A DNA stretch of 64,000 nt from Rebecca billardiae RCC1528 (taxonomy: Eukaryota; Protista; Haptophyta), in assembly GCA_965240325.2 (NCBI GenBank), contig OZ251232.1, positions 1,178,001-1,242,000 on the forward strand, read 5' to 3'. Shown one piece after another: positions 10,992-22,790 of this stretch. Numbering within the stretch: the first letter of the stretch is position 1; each line of letters opens with the position of its first letter. The notes beneath the pieces were generated by a model, which worked only from the letters and a program-made list of their open reading frames with translations, was not told the origin of the DNA and did no database searches. Both the position numbers and the translations under genes were made by a program.

Positions 10992-12140
10992 ACCCTTCAG
11001 GCCCGTTCAGGGGAACCCATGCTCGCAGAGCGGCCGGGGCGAATCTCAGGGGCCTGAGGCGGTCCCGCACGCGCGCCCCGCGGCCACGCCTGAGGGTGCG
11101 GGCGGGCTTTTCGATCATGTTGGTGAGCTCTCCGCCATCGGGGCGCGCTTCATTGCACCGCCTCGCCTCGCGTACGGCGTTCCCGTCGTGCTCGCACTGA
11201 CAAGGCTGAGCAGAGCGTAGAGTGCCATCATGATTGCATTCGGTTCCAACTTGCTCGCCAGCCACTTCCAACCAGGTGCGCGCGGCTTGGGAGTGGACGA
11301 TTAGTTCCGTGTGCCCGGGCTCGTCATGACACCGGCATGCCGATCCCTCCCCAGCCGAGATGTCAGAGCGCGTGCGCACAGGCAGTCACAGGCAGTGCGC
11401 ACTGGTAGCCAAGTGGACGCGTGTGAGCGACGACAAGCCACCACAAGAAAACGGCCGCATCCAACCTTCTCACATACCACTAGACCACCGCGCAGAATGC
11501 GTCTGAGCGCGCCCATTCCCGCCCATACCGAGTTACAGCGGCTCGATTGTGAGGCGGGTGCACGGGCGGCTGGTGAAAGCGAGCCCCGCGCGGGCGGCGA
11601 GAGAGACGCGCGGGAATAGACCTGATGCGGGAGTGCCCGAACAACATGAAGGTGCGTCCATCTTCCAAGCGCGCGACCGGTCCGACACCACGCCACGCCA
11701 AACGAGCACCACGCGTGTCGCCCCCCAGCGCCGGCCACGCGTCCCGAGGCGCTGCCATGTTTCGTCACGGGCCCGATCTCTGAGGTTAGCCGCCCGGCCG
11801 CTCTGCGACTCGCCGACTGCGAGCGTGGTTCCACCACGCGCAGAGCGGCCGGGTGTGTATCGTCGGCCAGTGTCCACTGCTCCTCGAACTGAGAACAGCC
11901 TGCTGAGTACTGCCGCTACAATACGAGTACCGAGTGTAAAAGTCATAGTGTCATACTGTCACCAGCATCTACTACTAAACTGAGGATAAGCCGCCCGGAC
12001 GCGACCGACGGCGACGCCGGGAATGCCAAGCAGGACGCACCGTAGCCGCTCGGTAGGCTGCGGCACCGGCCAGTTCACGGCGGCATCCAGCCAGGCCCGC
12101 GGCGCGGGCGTTCGGACTGCGCTGCGAGGAAGCGCGACGC

Positions 12141-12280
12141 CTATTCCTTCGCGCGCGATCTTTCTGCCTCGCGCGCCCACGTGTCACTCGGCCGGTGGCG
12201 GTGCTGCCAGCCCTGCGTCGCACCCGCGCTCTGGCCACGCACGACACCCTGCGCTGTTGTGCCCACCACAGCTGCGCTAC

Positions 12281-12319
<39 letters not shown>

Positions 12320-13172
12320 GCGTCGCGAATGGCGCAGCGTCGTGTGCGACGGGCGCCAGCCCGATGATCACCTGCGACCGCGGCATCAGCCCGTTGCCGC
12401 ACACGTCCGTCGCGGGCGAGTTGACGATGCGCGTGAAGCGGTGTGTGTACCGCGCGTCGGTGAGCGCGTCCGAGCGCAGGAAGCGCAGGATGTCCACCGC
12501 GGTCTGCAGCCGCCAGAGCGGGCAGAAGCCGAAGAGGATGGTGGCCTTGAGCGCGCTCGTGAGCGGCAGCCGCGCCGGCAGCCAGAAGCTCAGCTTCGTC
12601 ACGTCCTCTTTGGGCAGCACCTTGGACGCCGCCCACTTTGGGTGCCTGCACAGGTCGGCATGCGCAACGCCGAGCTCGTCGAGCCCGAGGTCGAGCTCGA
12701 AGGCGCCGGTGGCCAGGGCGCCGTCGAGGAGAGAGAGCGCGACAGTCGCCTCGTCGCGAGCCCGCTCGAGCCGCTCCGCTGACGAGAGGAGCTCTGTGCG
12801 GTCGCTCAGCACCTCGTGCGATGCGCGCACGGGTGGCGTGTCGGATGCGCTCGCGAGCGCAATCGGCGGCACCGCAGGCGTGTCCGACGCGAGGCGCACG
12901 CGGTCCGTGACGAGGAAGTGGGCGAGGTCGTCGCGCACGCCCACGAGGTGCATGCGGATGGCCAATGCGGGCTCGACGTCCGGGGCCGACAACGAAGGCA
13001 CGCGCGCCAGCAGGTAGCCCTCGTCGCGCTCAGCGGCTCTGAGCGTCTGCTCTGTGAGCGCGAGCGGGGGTGGCGGCTCGGCCGATGCGCCGCCAGCGCC
13101 TCGCACGACACGCAGGCTCACGGGGCCGCCCGGGAAGGCCACGCACGGTAGGCGAGTGAGCGCCAGCCGCAT
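12141..13172 (-). CDS. LON peptidase N-terminal (substrate-binding) domain-like protein
   Basis: The N-terminal LPCVAFPGGPVSLRV and the later LSFWLPARLPLTSALKATIL...RLQTAVDIL resemble the LON-N domain of LONRF/cereblon proteins. Confidence 0.55.
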
Positions 13173-13650
13173 CTTCCAGAGGCGGAGGCGCTCGCCGCTT
13201 GCTTCCGGGCGGTAGCGCGGGGCGAAGCGGCACAGCGACCAACGCCCCGGAAGACGACCAGCTGAAATGCGATTCTGCGCATTCGAGTGACGAAATCACT
13301 CTAGATCAATCTAACAATCTTTAGCGGAATTGGCGCCCCCCGCCGCCGCCGCCGCCGGCCCGCCGCCGCTCGGCCGCCGCTCGCCACTGCCACTGATCAT
13401 GGCCAAACGCGACGACGTCCGTCGCAGCGCCAAGTCGGTCGGACGGAGCATAGCTACGGGTGCGCACTATGCGGCTAGCCAGCCTGCTTAGTCTGAGAGA
13501 CTGCACGTCCGTGTCTGAGCGGGCGAGGCGGGCCGGGTCCGCTGCGATACGGTGCCGTGCTAGCCGGGCCGCGGCGACGACACGGGCGGTGTCGCTACGG
13601 GCCGTCGGAACCGACGCCCCGCCGGACCGTCTTGGACACGCCTCACGGCC

Positions 13651-14885
13651 TCAGCAGCTTGGCAGCTCGCGCCGCGGCGGCAGCGGGGTCGCAACTGGGC
13701 ACGGCCGCGCTGGCTGACATCCGGCGCCGACGGCCCAGCCGTGCAGCGCGGGCGTTGCCAGCTTAGCCGGCAGCCTCGCGAGCGGGCGCTCCCGCGCGCC
13801 GGCCGTCAGCGACTGCTGCAGCGCCTGCACCATGGCCGCGTCGCTCAGCAGCGCGCCAAAGAGCGTGGACTCCGGGCTCGGGTCGGAGGGTGCAGACCAG
13901 TGCTCCTCCGAGGCGGCCCACGACTGCGGGGCGCGTGCCGGCCTCGGGGAACGTGGCGGCAGCACCCGGTGCGCCTCGTCGGCGCCACACGGGCGGCGTG
14001 CAGCACGCGGCGCGCCCGGCACGGCCAATCGCCCCGCGCCGCGCGCGTGCCCCGCCTCCGACACCAGCCGCGCGGGCCGGAAGCGCGCGTGCGTGCACGC
14101 TGCCGACCACGGCGTCTCAAACGCGCGCGCCATCGCCGCGATCGCCGAGCTGTCCTTCGCAAAGTGCGCGAAGATGGGCTCCTCGGCGGCGGGCGGGGAT
14201 GAGGTGCGGCGCACGGTGGGCGGCGGCTGGGTCGGCGTACGCCTCGGCTCCTCCACCTCCGGCGGCCCAGCGAGCCGCGGCATGCGCCTCCGTCGGGGCA
14301 GCGACGCCGGCGCGGGCGCCTGCGCCGGCGCGGGCGCTTGCGCCGCCGGCGCATCGTGGGCCTCGGGCAGCACGCGCGACACGCCGACGAGGCTGTGCAC
14401 AGCGCCGGTGCTGTCGCACATGGGGACGACGACGAGGTGGTGACGCACGGCACGCGCTGTCTGCGTGGTGAAATTCGTCACCACGCCGCAGTCCACAGAC
14501 GTCGCCAGCAGCGTCTTCCCGCCGCTCGTCGCGTCGGCGAGCTTGTCGCCAATATCTCGATTGCTCGAGGTCGGCCCCGAGAGGAGCGCGAATGTACGGC
14601 CCACAGCCTGCTCGGCGCCCAGCTCCCACGCCGAGTACCATGCATCGTTCGCCGCCTGTGTTTCAGCAGGCGCGCGTTACAGGAGGCAGGTTGTAAGCGC
14701 GGCGTGCGGTTGATTTACGCGCGTGGGCTGCGCAACCGTCGCTGGTGCTGGCGCGGGCCTGCTCGCACCTCGATCGCGTATGGTGGCCGAGGTGACGTGC
14801 GCACGGCGCATAATCGTTCTCGTGCTGAGATGTCTACGCCGAGCAGCGGAAGCGCCGCGTCGACGGCGTCGGCTATGCTCGACAT
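13651..14885 (-). CDS. PAS (LOV-like, lacking Cys) domain protein; intron 14656-14768; 3' structure uncertain
   Basis: Splicing joins ...RTSPRPPYAIE to AANDAWYSAWELGAEQAVGRTFALLSGPTS...VVTNFT...HHLVVVPM...LVGVS, a PAS-fold pattern. The ATG is at 14885. Confidence 0.65.
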
Positions 14886-15614
14886 GTTACGAAGCTCAAA
14901 GCCTAAGATGAGCGAAGTGGAAAGTTCGACGCTGCTGCCCAATACAAATACCCCGGTGATGAACGACGCGGTCGGCACGGTTTCTAAGTTCTAACCAACT
15001 TCTTCATACCACAAGTCGAGTGGAACCAACCATTGGTTGAGAGGTGTACTTGCGCACCCACGGAATCGACGAAAAGCAGGAGAAGTTTGTACACTTCTTC
15101 TATATCGGTCACTTGAGCTCATATGGAGCGGCTCATGAAAGACATCATTCTGGCGCGCGAGGAGGTTCGGCAGGTCCTTCGCAAGCAAATCTGCGCGCGC
15201 GAACCGGTGGAATCTTCAGGATAACTTCGTCGAAAAATCGTCCTACAATAAAGCGCCCAGATTTTTTTGTGGCGCGGCGGGAAAAAATTACGATTTCCGA
15301 CAGGCGACCGACGCACTTAGAATATACGCGGCCGCGGCCGCACAGCGGCCACAATGGCCCAAAGGCTGATTCCAAATCCAGCGGCCGAACCGCGGGTCCA
15401 TCTCCAGCGCGGCACCGCGGTCGCACTTGGCCGCGGCACGACGTGGCCGCTGCCGCAGTGGGAGGCGGGCGCGCAGCGCGCGCAGCTCCGTGCGCCCGGC
15501 TGGCGCCAGCAGGCTGGGACGTGATGCGAGCTGCGCCGGCGCAAGCCGACAGACGCTGACGGCGGCTGACGCCGCGCTGGGACTCCAATCCGTCCAGGAG
15601 GCGACCCAGCTGCC

Positions 15615-16884
15615 TCAGAGTCGGTCGGTGGAGTAGGGCAGCTTCGACACCTCGTTCGCCGTTGCCGAGCCTGCGCGCGCGCGACCACGGGCGCATTGGC
15701 GGCCGCCGATGGAGCGCGCGCGCGCGCATCGCACGACCAGCCGCCAATTAGCCATCGCTCGCCGAATCGCGCGCGCGCTCGGGCGCGCGCTGGGCGCGCG
15801 CGCGCGAGCGGCTGCGCACCTGGCGGGCGGAAGCGCTTGAGGTAGAGCTCCGTCACCTCCTCCATCGGCGTGGGCTCGATGCCGAGCTCGCGCAGCCCGG
15901 GCATGCCCGCGGGCGCGGAGAGGTCGCTCAGAAACGTGCGCACCATGTCGCGCGTGAGCACGGGCTTGGGCAGCACCTCCACCATCGAGCCGACCAGCTC
16001 GAGCGCCGCGCGCGGCATCGCCGCCACCGCCATCGGCCGTCGGATCGTCGTGTAGATGTACTCGTACAGCTGCTGGTTGCTGAAGGCTTTGGGCCCGGCG
16101 ATCGCGAACGTCTCGCCCTCCGTCTCCTGCGCGGCGGGGCGCGGTGGGGCGCGCGTCGGCGCGCGTGGGGCGCCCGCCCATCGATCGCCCCGTGGCGGCG
16201 CGCGGCGCTCACCTCGCGCATCAGCACGGCCTGCACGGCCGCCGCCACGTCGAGGCAGTAGACTGGCTGCTGGCGCGCGGCGGCGCCGCTCACGAGCGGC
16301 ATCATCGGCATGATCTTCGCCAGGTCCGCGATCTTGTTGAAGATCTTGTCCTCCGGCCCCACGACCATCGCCGGCCTCAGCACGGTCGCGCCAGGGTACT
16401 CCTCGCGCAGCGCCATCTCGCCCGCGTGCTTTGTGCGCAGCCACTTGGACTCGGCGGAGGCGGAGGCGCCGAGCGCGGAGAAGTGGACGACGCGGTCGAC
16501 GCCGAGGTCCGTGCATATCGCGCCGAGCACGCGCGGGAACTGCACGTTGATCTGCTCGAAGCTGAACCGCCGCGTCTCGAACGGCTTGCCGAGCATGTTG
16601 ATCACCACGTTCGAGCTCGCGACCGCGCGCTCGATCTCGTCGTAGTTGCGGATGGACATCTCGTACGGCACGATCTGACCGAGGTCGCCCATCACCTTGA
16701 GGTGCTTCACCTCGTAGTCGTCGCCGCGGTACGGCACCACCACGCGCGCGCCGCCGCGCGCGAGCCGGTTGACAACGTACCGGCCGATGAAGCCATACGC
16801 GCCAAACACGGTCGCAGTCACGCCCGGGTTGCTCGAGCGGCCGAGGTGCCACTTGACGTGGGAGAAGTGCTTCGCGAGAGACAT
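15615..16884 (-). CDS. NDUFA9: NADH:ubiquinone oxidoreductase 39-kDa subunit; introns 16127-16212 and 15671-15819
   Basis: GRSSNPGVTATVFGAYGFIGRYVVNRL...VVVPYRG...HLKVMGDLGQIV matches this subunit. Canonical GT-AG introns restore the frame. Confidence 0.93.
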
Positions 16885-17097
16885 CCCGCGCGCCCTGACG
16901 CCGCGCCGCGAGGCACCCGCCCGCTCGGCTGCGCCGCCGCGCGCGATTCGGCCGAAGTCGACTCGCCGAGCGACCCGAGCAGGGCAGCAGGCCAGTCTAT
17001 GCAGCGATGGCTGCCGGCCGACCCTCCGTCAACCGGACCACATACGCCCCCGCACCCCGCGTTACGCCGGGCGTGCCTGCCGGCAGCCCGCGAGGCG

Positions 17098-18777
17098 ATG
17101 CCGGCAACGCCTGGCGACGAGGAGATGCCGGCGTGGGCGCGGAACCTGAGGCCTGCGCGCACGGATGTCGACCCACCAGCGCCACCGTGCGCGGTGTCCG
17201 ACACAGTCGGCAACGAGCGAAGCGAGTTTGCGTGGATTGCCGACGCAGACCTCGACCGGCTGCGAGGACAGCCACTTGCCGCGTTCCTCGAGCTGTGGCC
17301 GCGCGTGTGGCGCATACGGCCACCACCTCCCGAACCCGCTGAGGGTGCCGCGCACAAGCCCAGCGTCCTCGACGCGGACGCCTCGCGCGACCGCATCCTC
17401 GAGCCGATCGTCGACGACGCCGGCCGCGCGTTTGTGCGCTTCCCCGACGATGTGCGCGCGCAGGTGTACCACGTGCGCTGGGCCCTGCCCAGCGAGGGCG
17501 TGACGGACTGGCTCGAGCCTGCCGAACAGCCGAAAGGCAAGAAGCTGCCGGGCGCAGAGGCGGGCAACGGCCGGGGCGACCGCACGGACATTGTGTGCGC
17601 CGAGATCACGGCGGTGACGTTGGACCCGCGCCAGCGCCCCTTGCTGCGGCCGACGCGTTCGATTATGCTCGGCGGCGGCGTGGAGGGCACGTTGTGGTCG
17701 AACCCGCGCGCGAAGGGCGTGGCCCCCGAGGACAACCACGTCCTCGAGCTGGACATGCAATCGCGCGTGCTCGACGGCGCGTGCCTCTGCCGCTTTGTGC
17801 TCGAGCGGCGCATGCTGGTGGACTCCTCGTTCAAGCGCGCCTTCATGTACGAGGCGCGGCTGGGCGGCTCGCAGCTCGAGAGCTCCGTGCTCGACGGCGC
17901 GGACTTGCGCGGCGCGAGCCTCGACGGGTGCAACCTCGACGAGGTGTCCCTGCGAGGGGCGCTCTGCCACCGCGCGAGCATACGGCGCGCGCACAGCGTG
18001 CACTGCTACTTTGGCTCCATCGCGCTCGATGGAGCCGACCTGTCGCACACGTGGCTGAGCACCCACGTGTCGAAGTCGAGCATGCGTGGCGCTGTGATCA
18101 AGGACGGCTGCGTCGGCGCGAACGACTGGTGGTTCGTCGACGCGCGTGACGTCGACTTCGGCGACGGCGCCTTCGACGCGGCTGGTGGCGTCATCAAGCG
18201 CGCCGACTTCGCCGGCGCGCGCATGCGCGGCGGCAACTTTGAAGAATGCGATGCGAGCTGGACTGACTTCTCGGGCGCGGACCTGGCGGGCGCTCAGTTT
18301 CGCAGGGCGGCTCTCCGCAGGGCCAACCTCTCGCTCGCAAAGCTGAGCGGCGCGGACTTTACAGGCGCCGACCTCGCGCGCGCCGACCTGCGCGGAGCGG
18401 ACACGAGCGGCGCAGTCTTCGCGGACGCGACGCTGGAGGGCGCGCTGAGAGGGCCGGCGGTGGGTGCGGCGCCCAGCGCGGATGGCGTCGGTGCCGATGC
18501 GCCGGTCGCCGCGCCGCCAGCGGCGACAACCGTGACAGCCGCTGGCAGCAGTGGTGAGAGCGGGCCAGCTGGCGCCGCCGCGGCCACGATCGCTCCCCCG
18601 GGGCCGTCAGCAAAGTCAAGCTCGATGCAGCCGGGCCTGTCAGCCAACGATCAAGCGCCGACGGCGACGACTGCCATGCCCATGGGCGCTGGACGAGGCG
18701 ATGCGGGGCAGGCGCCCGCGCAAGCTGACGAGCCGAAGCGCAACCCGGACGGAGCGATGTGCTGCGTGGTGCAGTAG
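17098..18777 (+). CDS. Pentapeptide-repeat protein with a C-terminal CaaX motif (CCVVQ)
   Basis: Runs of A(D/N)(L/F)xx (ADFSGADLAGAQFRRAALRRANLSLAKLSGADFTGADLARADLRGAD), ending in MCCVVQ*. The start is 17098 or 16999. Confidence 0.8.
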   Translation: MPATPGDEEMPAWARNLRPARTDVDPPAPPCAVSDTVGNERSEFAWIADADLDRLRGQPLAAFLELWPRVWRIRPPPPEPAEGAAHKPSVLDADASRDRILEPIVDDAGRAFVRFPDDVRAQVYHVRWALPSEGVTDWLEPAEQPKGKKLPGAEAGNGRGDRTDIVCAEITAVTLDPRQRPLLRPTRSIMLGGGVEGTLWSNPRAKGVAPEDNHVLELDMQSRVLDGACLCRFVLERRMLVDSSFKRAFMYEARLGGSQLESSVLDGADLRGASLDGCNLDEVSLRGALCHRASIRRAHSVHCYFGSIALDGADLSHTWLSTHVSKSSMRGAVIKDGCVGANDWWFVDARDVDFGDGAFDAAGGVIKRADFAGARMRGGNFEECDASWTDFSGADLAGAQFRRAALRRANLSLAKLSGADFTGADLARADLRGADTSGAVFADATLEGALRGPAVGAAPSADGVGADAPVAAPPAATTVTAAGSSGESGPAGAAAATIAPPGPSAKSSSMQPGLSANDQAPTATTAMPMGAGRGDAGQAPAQADEPKRNPDGAMCCVVQ

Positions 18778-19073
18778 TCTGTCCGAGTACCGGGACTAAT
18801 CGCGCAGTAATAACTAGTAAATCGTCCTGACTCCGAGGCGGCGGACCTTAATAATCGGCCGCGTAGTAAGCTGGCACCGTGCCCGGGCGTGCGGGCGTGC
18901 CCGGCGGCCCGGCGCGCCGTGCACAATGGTGCATGATTGATATATATAGTCAGTAACTACTAGCTACTATATGGCATCACTATGACCCGGGACCGCGCCG
19001 GACGATCGGACCGATGACCGATATCGGCGGCGATCGGCGATTCAGTCTCAGATTGCTGATGATATGATTGATG

Positions 19074-19581
19074 ATCGCGGCCGGGCGGACTATCATCTGC
19101 TGCTGACAGTGGACTGATACTGACCGCTATGATGTCAGCACCCTGCTGACGACGGCCGGACAGTGCTGGCTTGCCCGCTTGCCCGCTGGCCGCTTGCACC
19201 CGGGCCGCACAGCGTCCGGGACCGGCGGGAGGCGTCAGTGACAGTGTCTCGGACGAGCATCAGACATCAGTCACTACACCATGTCGTCGGACTCGGATTC
19301 TGATGGCTTCGGTGCTCGATCCCTTCGGGTCTGCGCGTTCGCATACGTCTACGACGGCGGCGGCGCAGAGGCAGGCAACGGCACGTCCCCCTCGCGCGGC
19401 ATCGGCGGCGCAGACGGCGCCACTGATGCCACCCTCGTGCCCCCAGGTCCGGAGGCTGTGACGGGCAGTGAGACAGCCGCAGGGTACGGCGTACCAAGCC
19501 CTTGGCCGTACCAAGGGTACTACTGGTGCCCAGCGGCAGAGTACCCTTGGCCGTACGCAGGCACGCAGCCGCTGTTCGCGC
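19074..19581 (-). pseudogene. Degenerate duplicate of the 3' end and 3' flank of the DUF4126-like gene (direct repeat of about 25144-25566)
   Basis: Near-identical sequence, e.g. CACGTCCCCCTCGCGCGGCATCGGCGGCGCAGACGGCGCCACTGATGCC, with extra insertions including a 77-bp insert at 19489-19565. Confidence 0.88.
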
Positions 19582-20207
19582 GCAGCAAACGGACTGGAAT
19601 CGTTCCGAGTGGCTGGCTGGCTGCACGGTGGGTGTCAAGATCCGACGTTACCCGGACTCGCTCTCCAGTCCATACGCACCCGGATCACCAACCGTCACAG
19701 GACACTACATATGATGCCGACTTTCATTGATCAGCCTCGGCATTCTACGCGCTCCCATCTTGATGGTTACTATACTTTTCCCGACTTACCCGTTGATGGA
19801 TATCAGAGCCTTTCACACGGTCCTCGGACTGTCGGATTCCTTCCCGTAGCCAGAGCCCGTTCAGTTCCGTATCGCTTCATCTCATCAGCAGTCGAACTCC
19901 TCGCCCCCCTTCGCCTCGTCAGTCGCGGTCGGGACTCGGGTGGTGCCTGGTGGTTGGCCTTGGGGGCTGGCCAGGGTAGGGCTGGAGGCTTCGGCCGCCA
20001 GTCTGATCACCCGGAGCCCGTTATACCACCCGTCCCAGAAAGCCCGTGAGCCCGTCTTCGGCTCAGCGGGCTCAAAACATTCCATGGAATGTTTTGAGCT
20101 CAGTGACTATGAAATGGGCTGGTAACGAATAGAGTCTGCGGGTATGGCGGGCCGTATTTTCAAATACCAGGAGCCTTGATGTAGGGGGCTGGGACGGGTG
20201 GAGGGGA

Positions 20208-22790
20208 ATGGCGGGCCGTAGGTCCGCCCCTTGTAGTGCCCGGGAAAAAGATAAGAAAAAGAAAAGGAAAAATAAAATCGCCTCGCAAAGAAAAGAAAAT
20301 CGCCTTGCTCACTACCGGGCGCCCTGCCGCCAGCTCCACTGGGGACGCTCGGCCGAAGAAGGGTTGCCCATGGCGCGGAGCGCATGGGCGGCGCGCGCCA
20401 AATCCAACGCCGGCGCGGACATCGTGAGAGGACTCCCGAGGGGGGGTTTCGCCCGATTCGCGATTGCTGCCCTCGTCGTCTCGCGTGCAGGTCGAACGGG
20501 GGCCAAAGTCAACGCGTTTGGAGGTACGCTCGGCGCGTCGACACGATCGTGCGACCTGGGGCGGTTCTCGCCTGACGTGCACGTCGAGCGCTCGCACGGG
20601 CCATAGTATTAAGCGCTGCGCACGACAACCACCTCGCGCGATCCACCGCCGCGCGTCGGGCTCGGTGCGGAAAGGCCCTCATCACGAGGTGTCTCGCGGG
20701 CGGGAAGCGCCATCGCACGCGACGCAAGATTTGGCGCGGCGTTCTGAACTCGATCGCCGGAATCCGCGCACCGGACTGTCGCTCGCGGTCCCTCAGCCCG
20801 AGTGAAGCCCACGACCGGCGTGCATGGCGTCGACGGTGACCAATGCGACGGAAGCGCAGCGCCAACGGCGTACGACGCGCAGCGGACGCACCTCCCGGGT
20901 CTGTCGCCGTGGCAGCAACCGCCTCTTCGCGAGTTGGCGACCCTCGCCGCAGCGCGACACAGACAAGCCCGTGATGCCATCCGCAGAGAGATGAATCGTC
21001 GAGCATGCAACATCGACGCGCCATCCTCGTCCATGGCGCAGGTGCTGCGGGACGAGGCGGACGTCGTCACGCCGGTGACGGATGCGCTGCGAATCGTGTG
21101 CCTGCGTGAGCAGCTCGTGCCCACTGTCGATCGCGAGTGGCACACGCTGTCGCTGTGCGCGCGTGCGCGCACAACCAACAGCTCCGCGTGCCGCCAAACA
21201 CGCGGGCGCCAGACCTGTCGAAGAGGCGAAGAGCGACGACCGCGTGAACGTCAACGCGCTCGTGCTCAGCGTGGCGGCCGTGTACGATGTCAACGCGACC
21301 TGCGCCGAGCCCATCATGCCCGGAGCGGACATCGGCAAGCGTCTTCGCGACGACCGCTCTCGGCTGGCGGCAGGAGGACATGCACACGATCTACTCTGGC
21401 GGTTTCGTCGGCGGCGAGGCGCTCGATTACGCCATCGCGGTCGAGATGCGGCACATACAGCGCGTACCCGTGCTCGCGCGGAGCAACGGGCTACCCGCCC
21501 CGCCCCGCGTGCTGCACATTCCCTCGTGGGTGTGGGCCTCGCTGATGCGCGCGAACGCGTACCGCACCGCGTGGGAGAACTGAGTCACCTAGGGGCTAGG
21601 TGTCACTGGTCCGACTGTCCGTCACCCGGCCACGAGCGAATGCTGTGGAAAGACGCAAACCCGAAGAGGAAACATTGCGACAGCACTGGCACGGCCCGCC
21701 GACCCCCCCGCCCGCCAGGGCACAGTTTTTATATATGGCGGGCCGTAGGTCCGCCCCTTGTAGTGCCCGGGAAAAAGATAAGAAAAAGAAAAAGAAAAAA
21801 GAAAATCGCCTCGCAAAGAAAAGAAAATCGCCTCCCTCGCTGCCGGGTCGCTTCGCTCACTACCGGGCGCCCTTGCAGCTCCCACTGGGCCTGGGGACGC
21901 TCGGCCGAAAGAGAGTCCTGGATGGCGCGGAGCGCGTGGGCGGCGCGCGCCGAATCCAACGCCGGCGCAGACATCGCGCGAGGATTCCCGAGACGTGTTT
22001 TCGCCCGATTCGCGATTGCTGCCCTCGTCGTCTCGCGTGCAGGTCGAACGGGGGCCAAAGTCGACGCGTTTGGAGGCACGCTCGGCGCGTCGACACGATC
22101 GTGCGACCTGGGGCGGTCCTCGCCCGACTTGCACGTTGAGCGCTCGCACGGGCCATAATATTAAGCGCTGCGCACGACAGCCACTCCGAGCGATCCACCG
22201 TCGCGCGTCGAGTTCGGTGCGGAAAGGCCCTCATCACGAGGCGTCTCGCGGGCGGGAAGCGCCATCGCACGCGACGCAAGATTTGGCGCGGCCTTCTGAA
22301 CACCATAACCGGAATCCACACACCGGACTGTCGCGTGCCCCGGTTGGCAAGGTCGGGCGCATGCAAATCCGTTTGCTACCGCACAGGACTCCTGACCAGC
22401 GATCATCTTTCGCGCTCGCGAGCTCGCGGCCAAAGATCGCTCGGCGCTCGGGGGCCCACGTCCAGCCTGCATGGCGTCGACAGTGGCCAATGCGACGGAG
22501 GGGCAGCGCAAAGCGGCGTACGACGCGCACCGCACGCACCTGCCGGGTTTGCAGCCGTGGCAGGAACCGCATCTTCGCGAGTCGGCGGCGCAGGCGACAG
22601 CGCGCTATGACCGAGCCAAAGCGCTCTTTCGCAGAGAAATGAGTCGCCGAGCGTGCAAGATCGCCGCGCCATCCTCCACCATGGCACGGGCGCTGCGGGA
22701 GGAGGCCGACGTCGTGAAGCCGGTGACGCATGCGCTGCGCTTCGTGTGCCTGCTCGAGCAGCGCGTGCCCACCGTTGATCGCGACCGGCG
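20208..22790 (+). repeat. Two diverged direct copies (about 20208-21140 and about 21735-22790) of an approximately 1-kb element with an A-rich leader and a decayed ORF
   Basis: Both copies start ATGGCGGGCCGTAGGTCCGCCCCTTGTAGTGCCCGGGAAAAAGATAAGAAAAAG and encode MASTV.NATE.QR..AYDA.RTHLPGL.PWQ. An approximately 85-bp upstream segment (about 21648-21730) recurs at about 23453-23535. Confidence 0.88.

Noticed and set aside
11000-12100. Short ORFs between the PPR-TrmB and LON-N genes
   Set aside because: No motif or codon-bias support; treated as intergenic/UTR.
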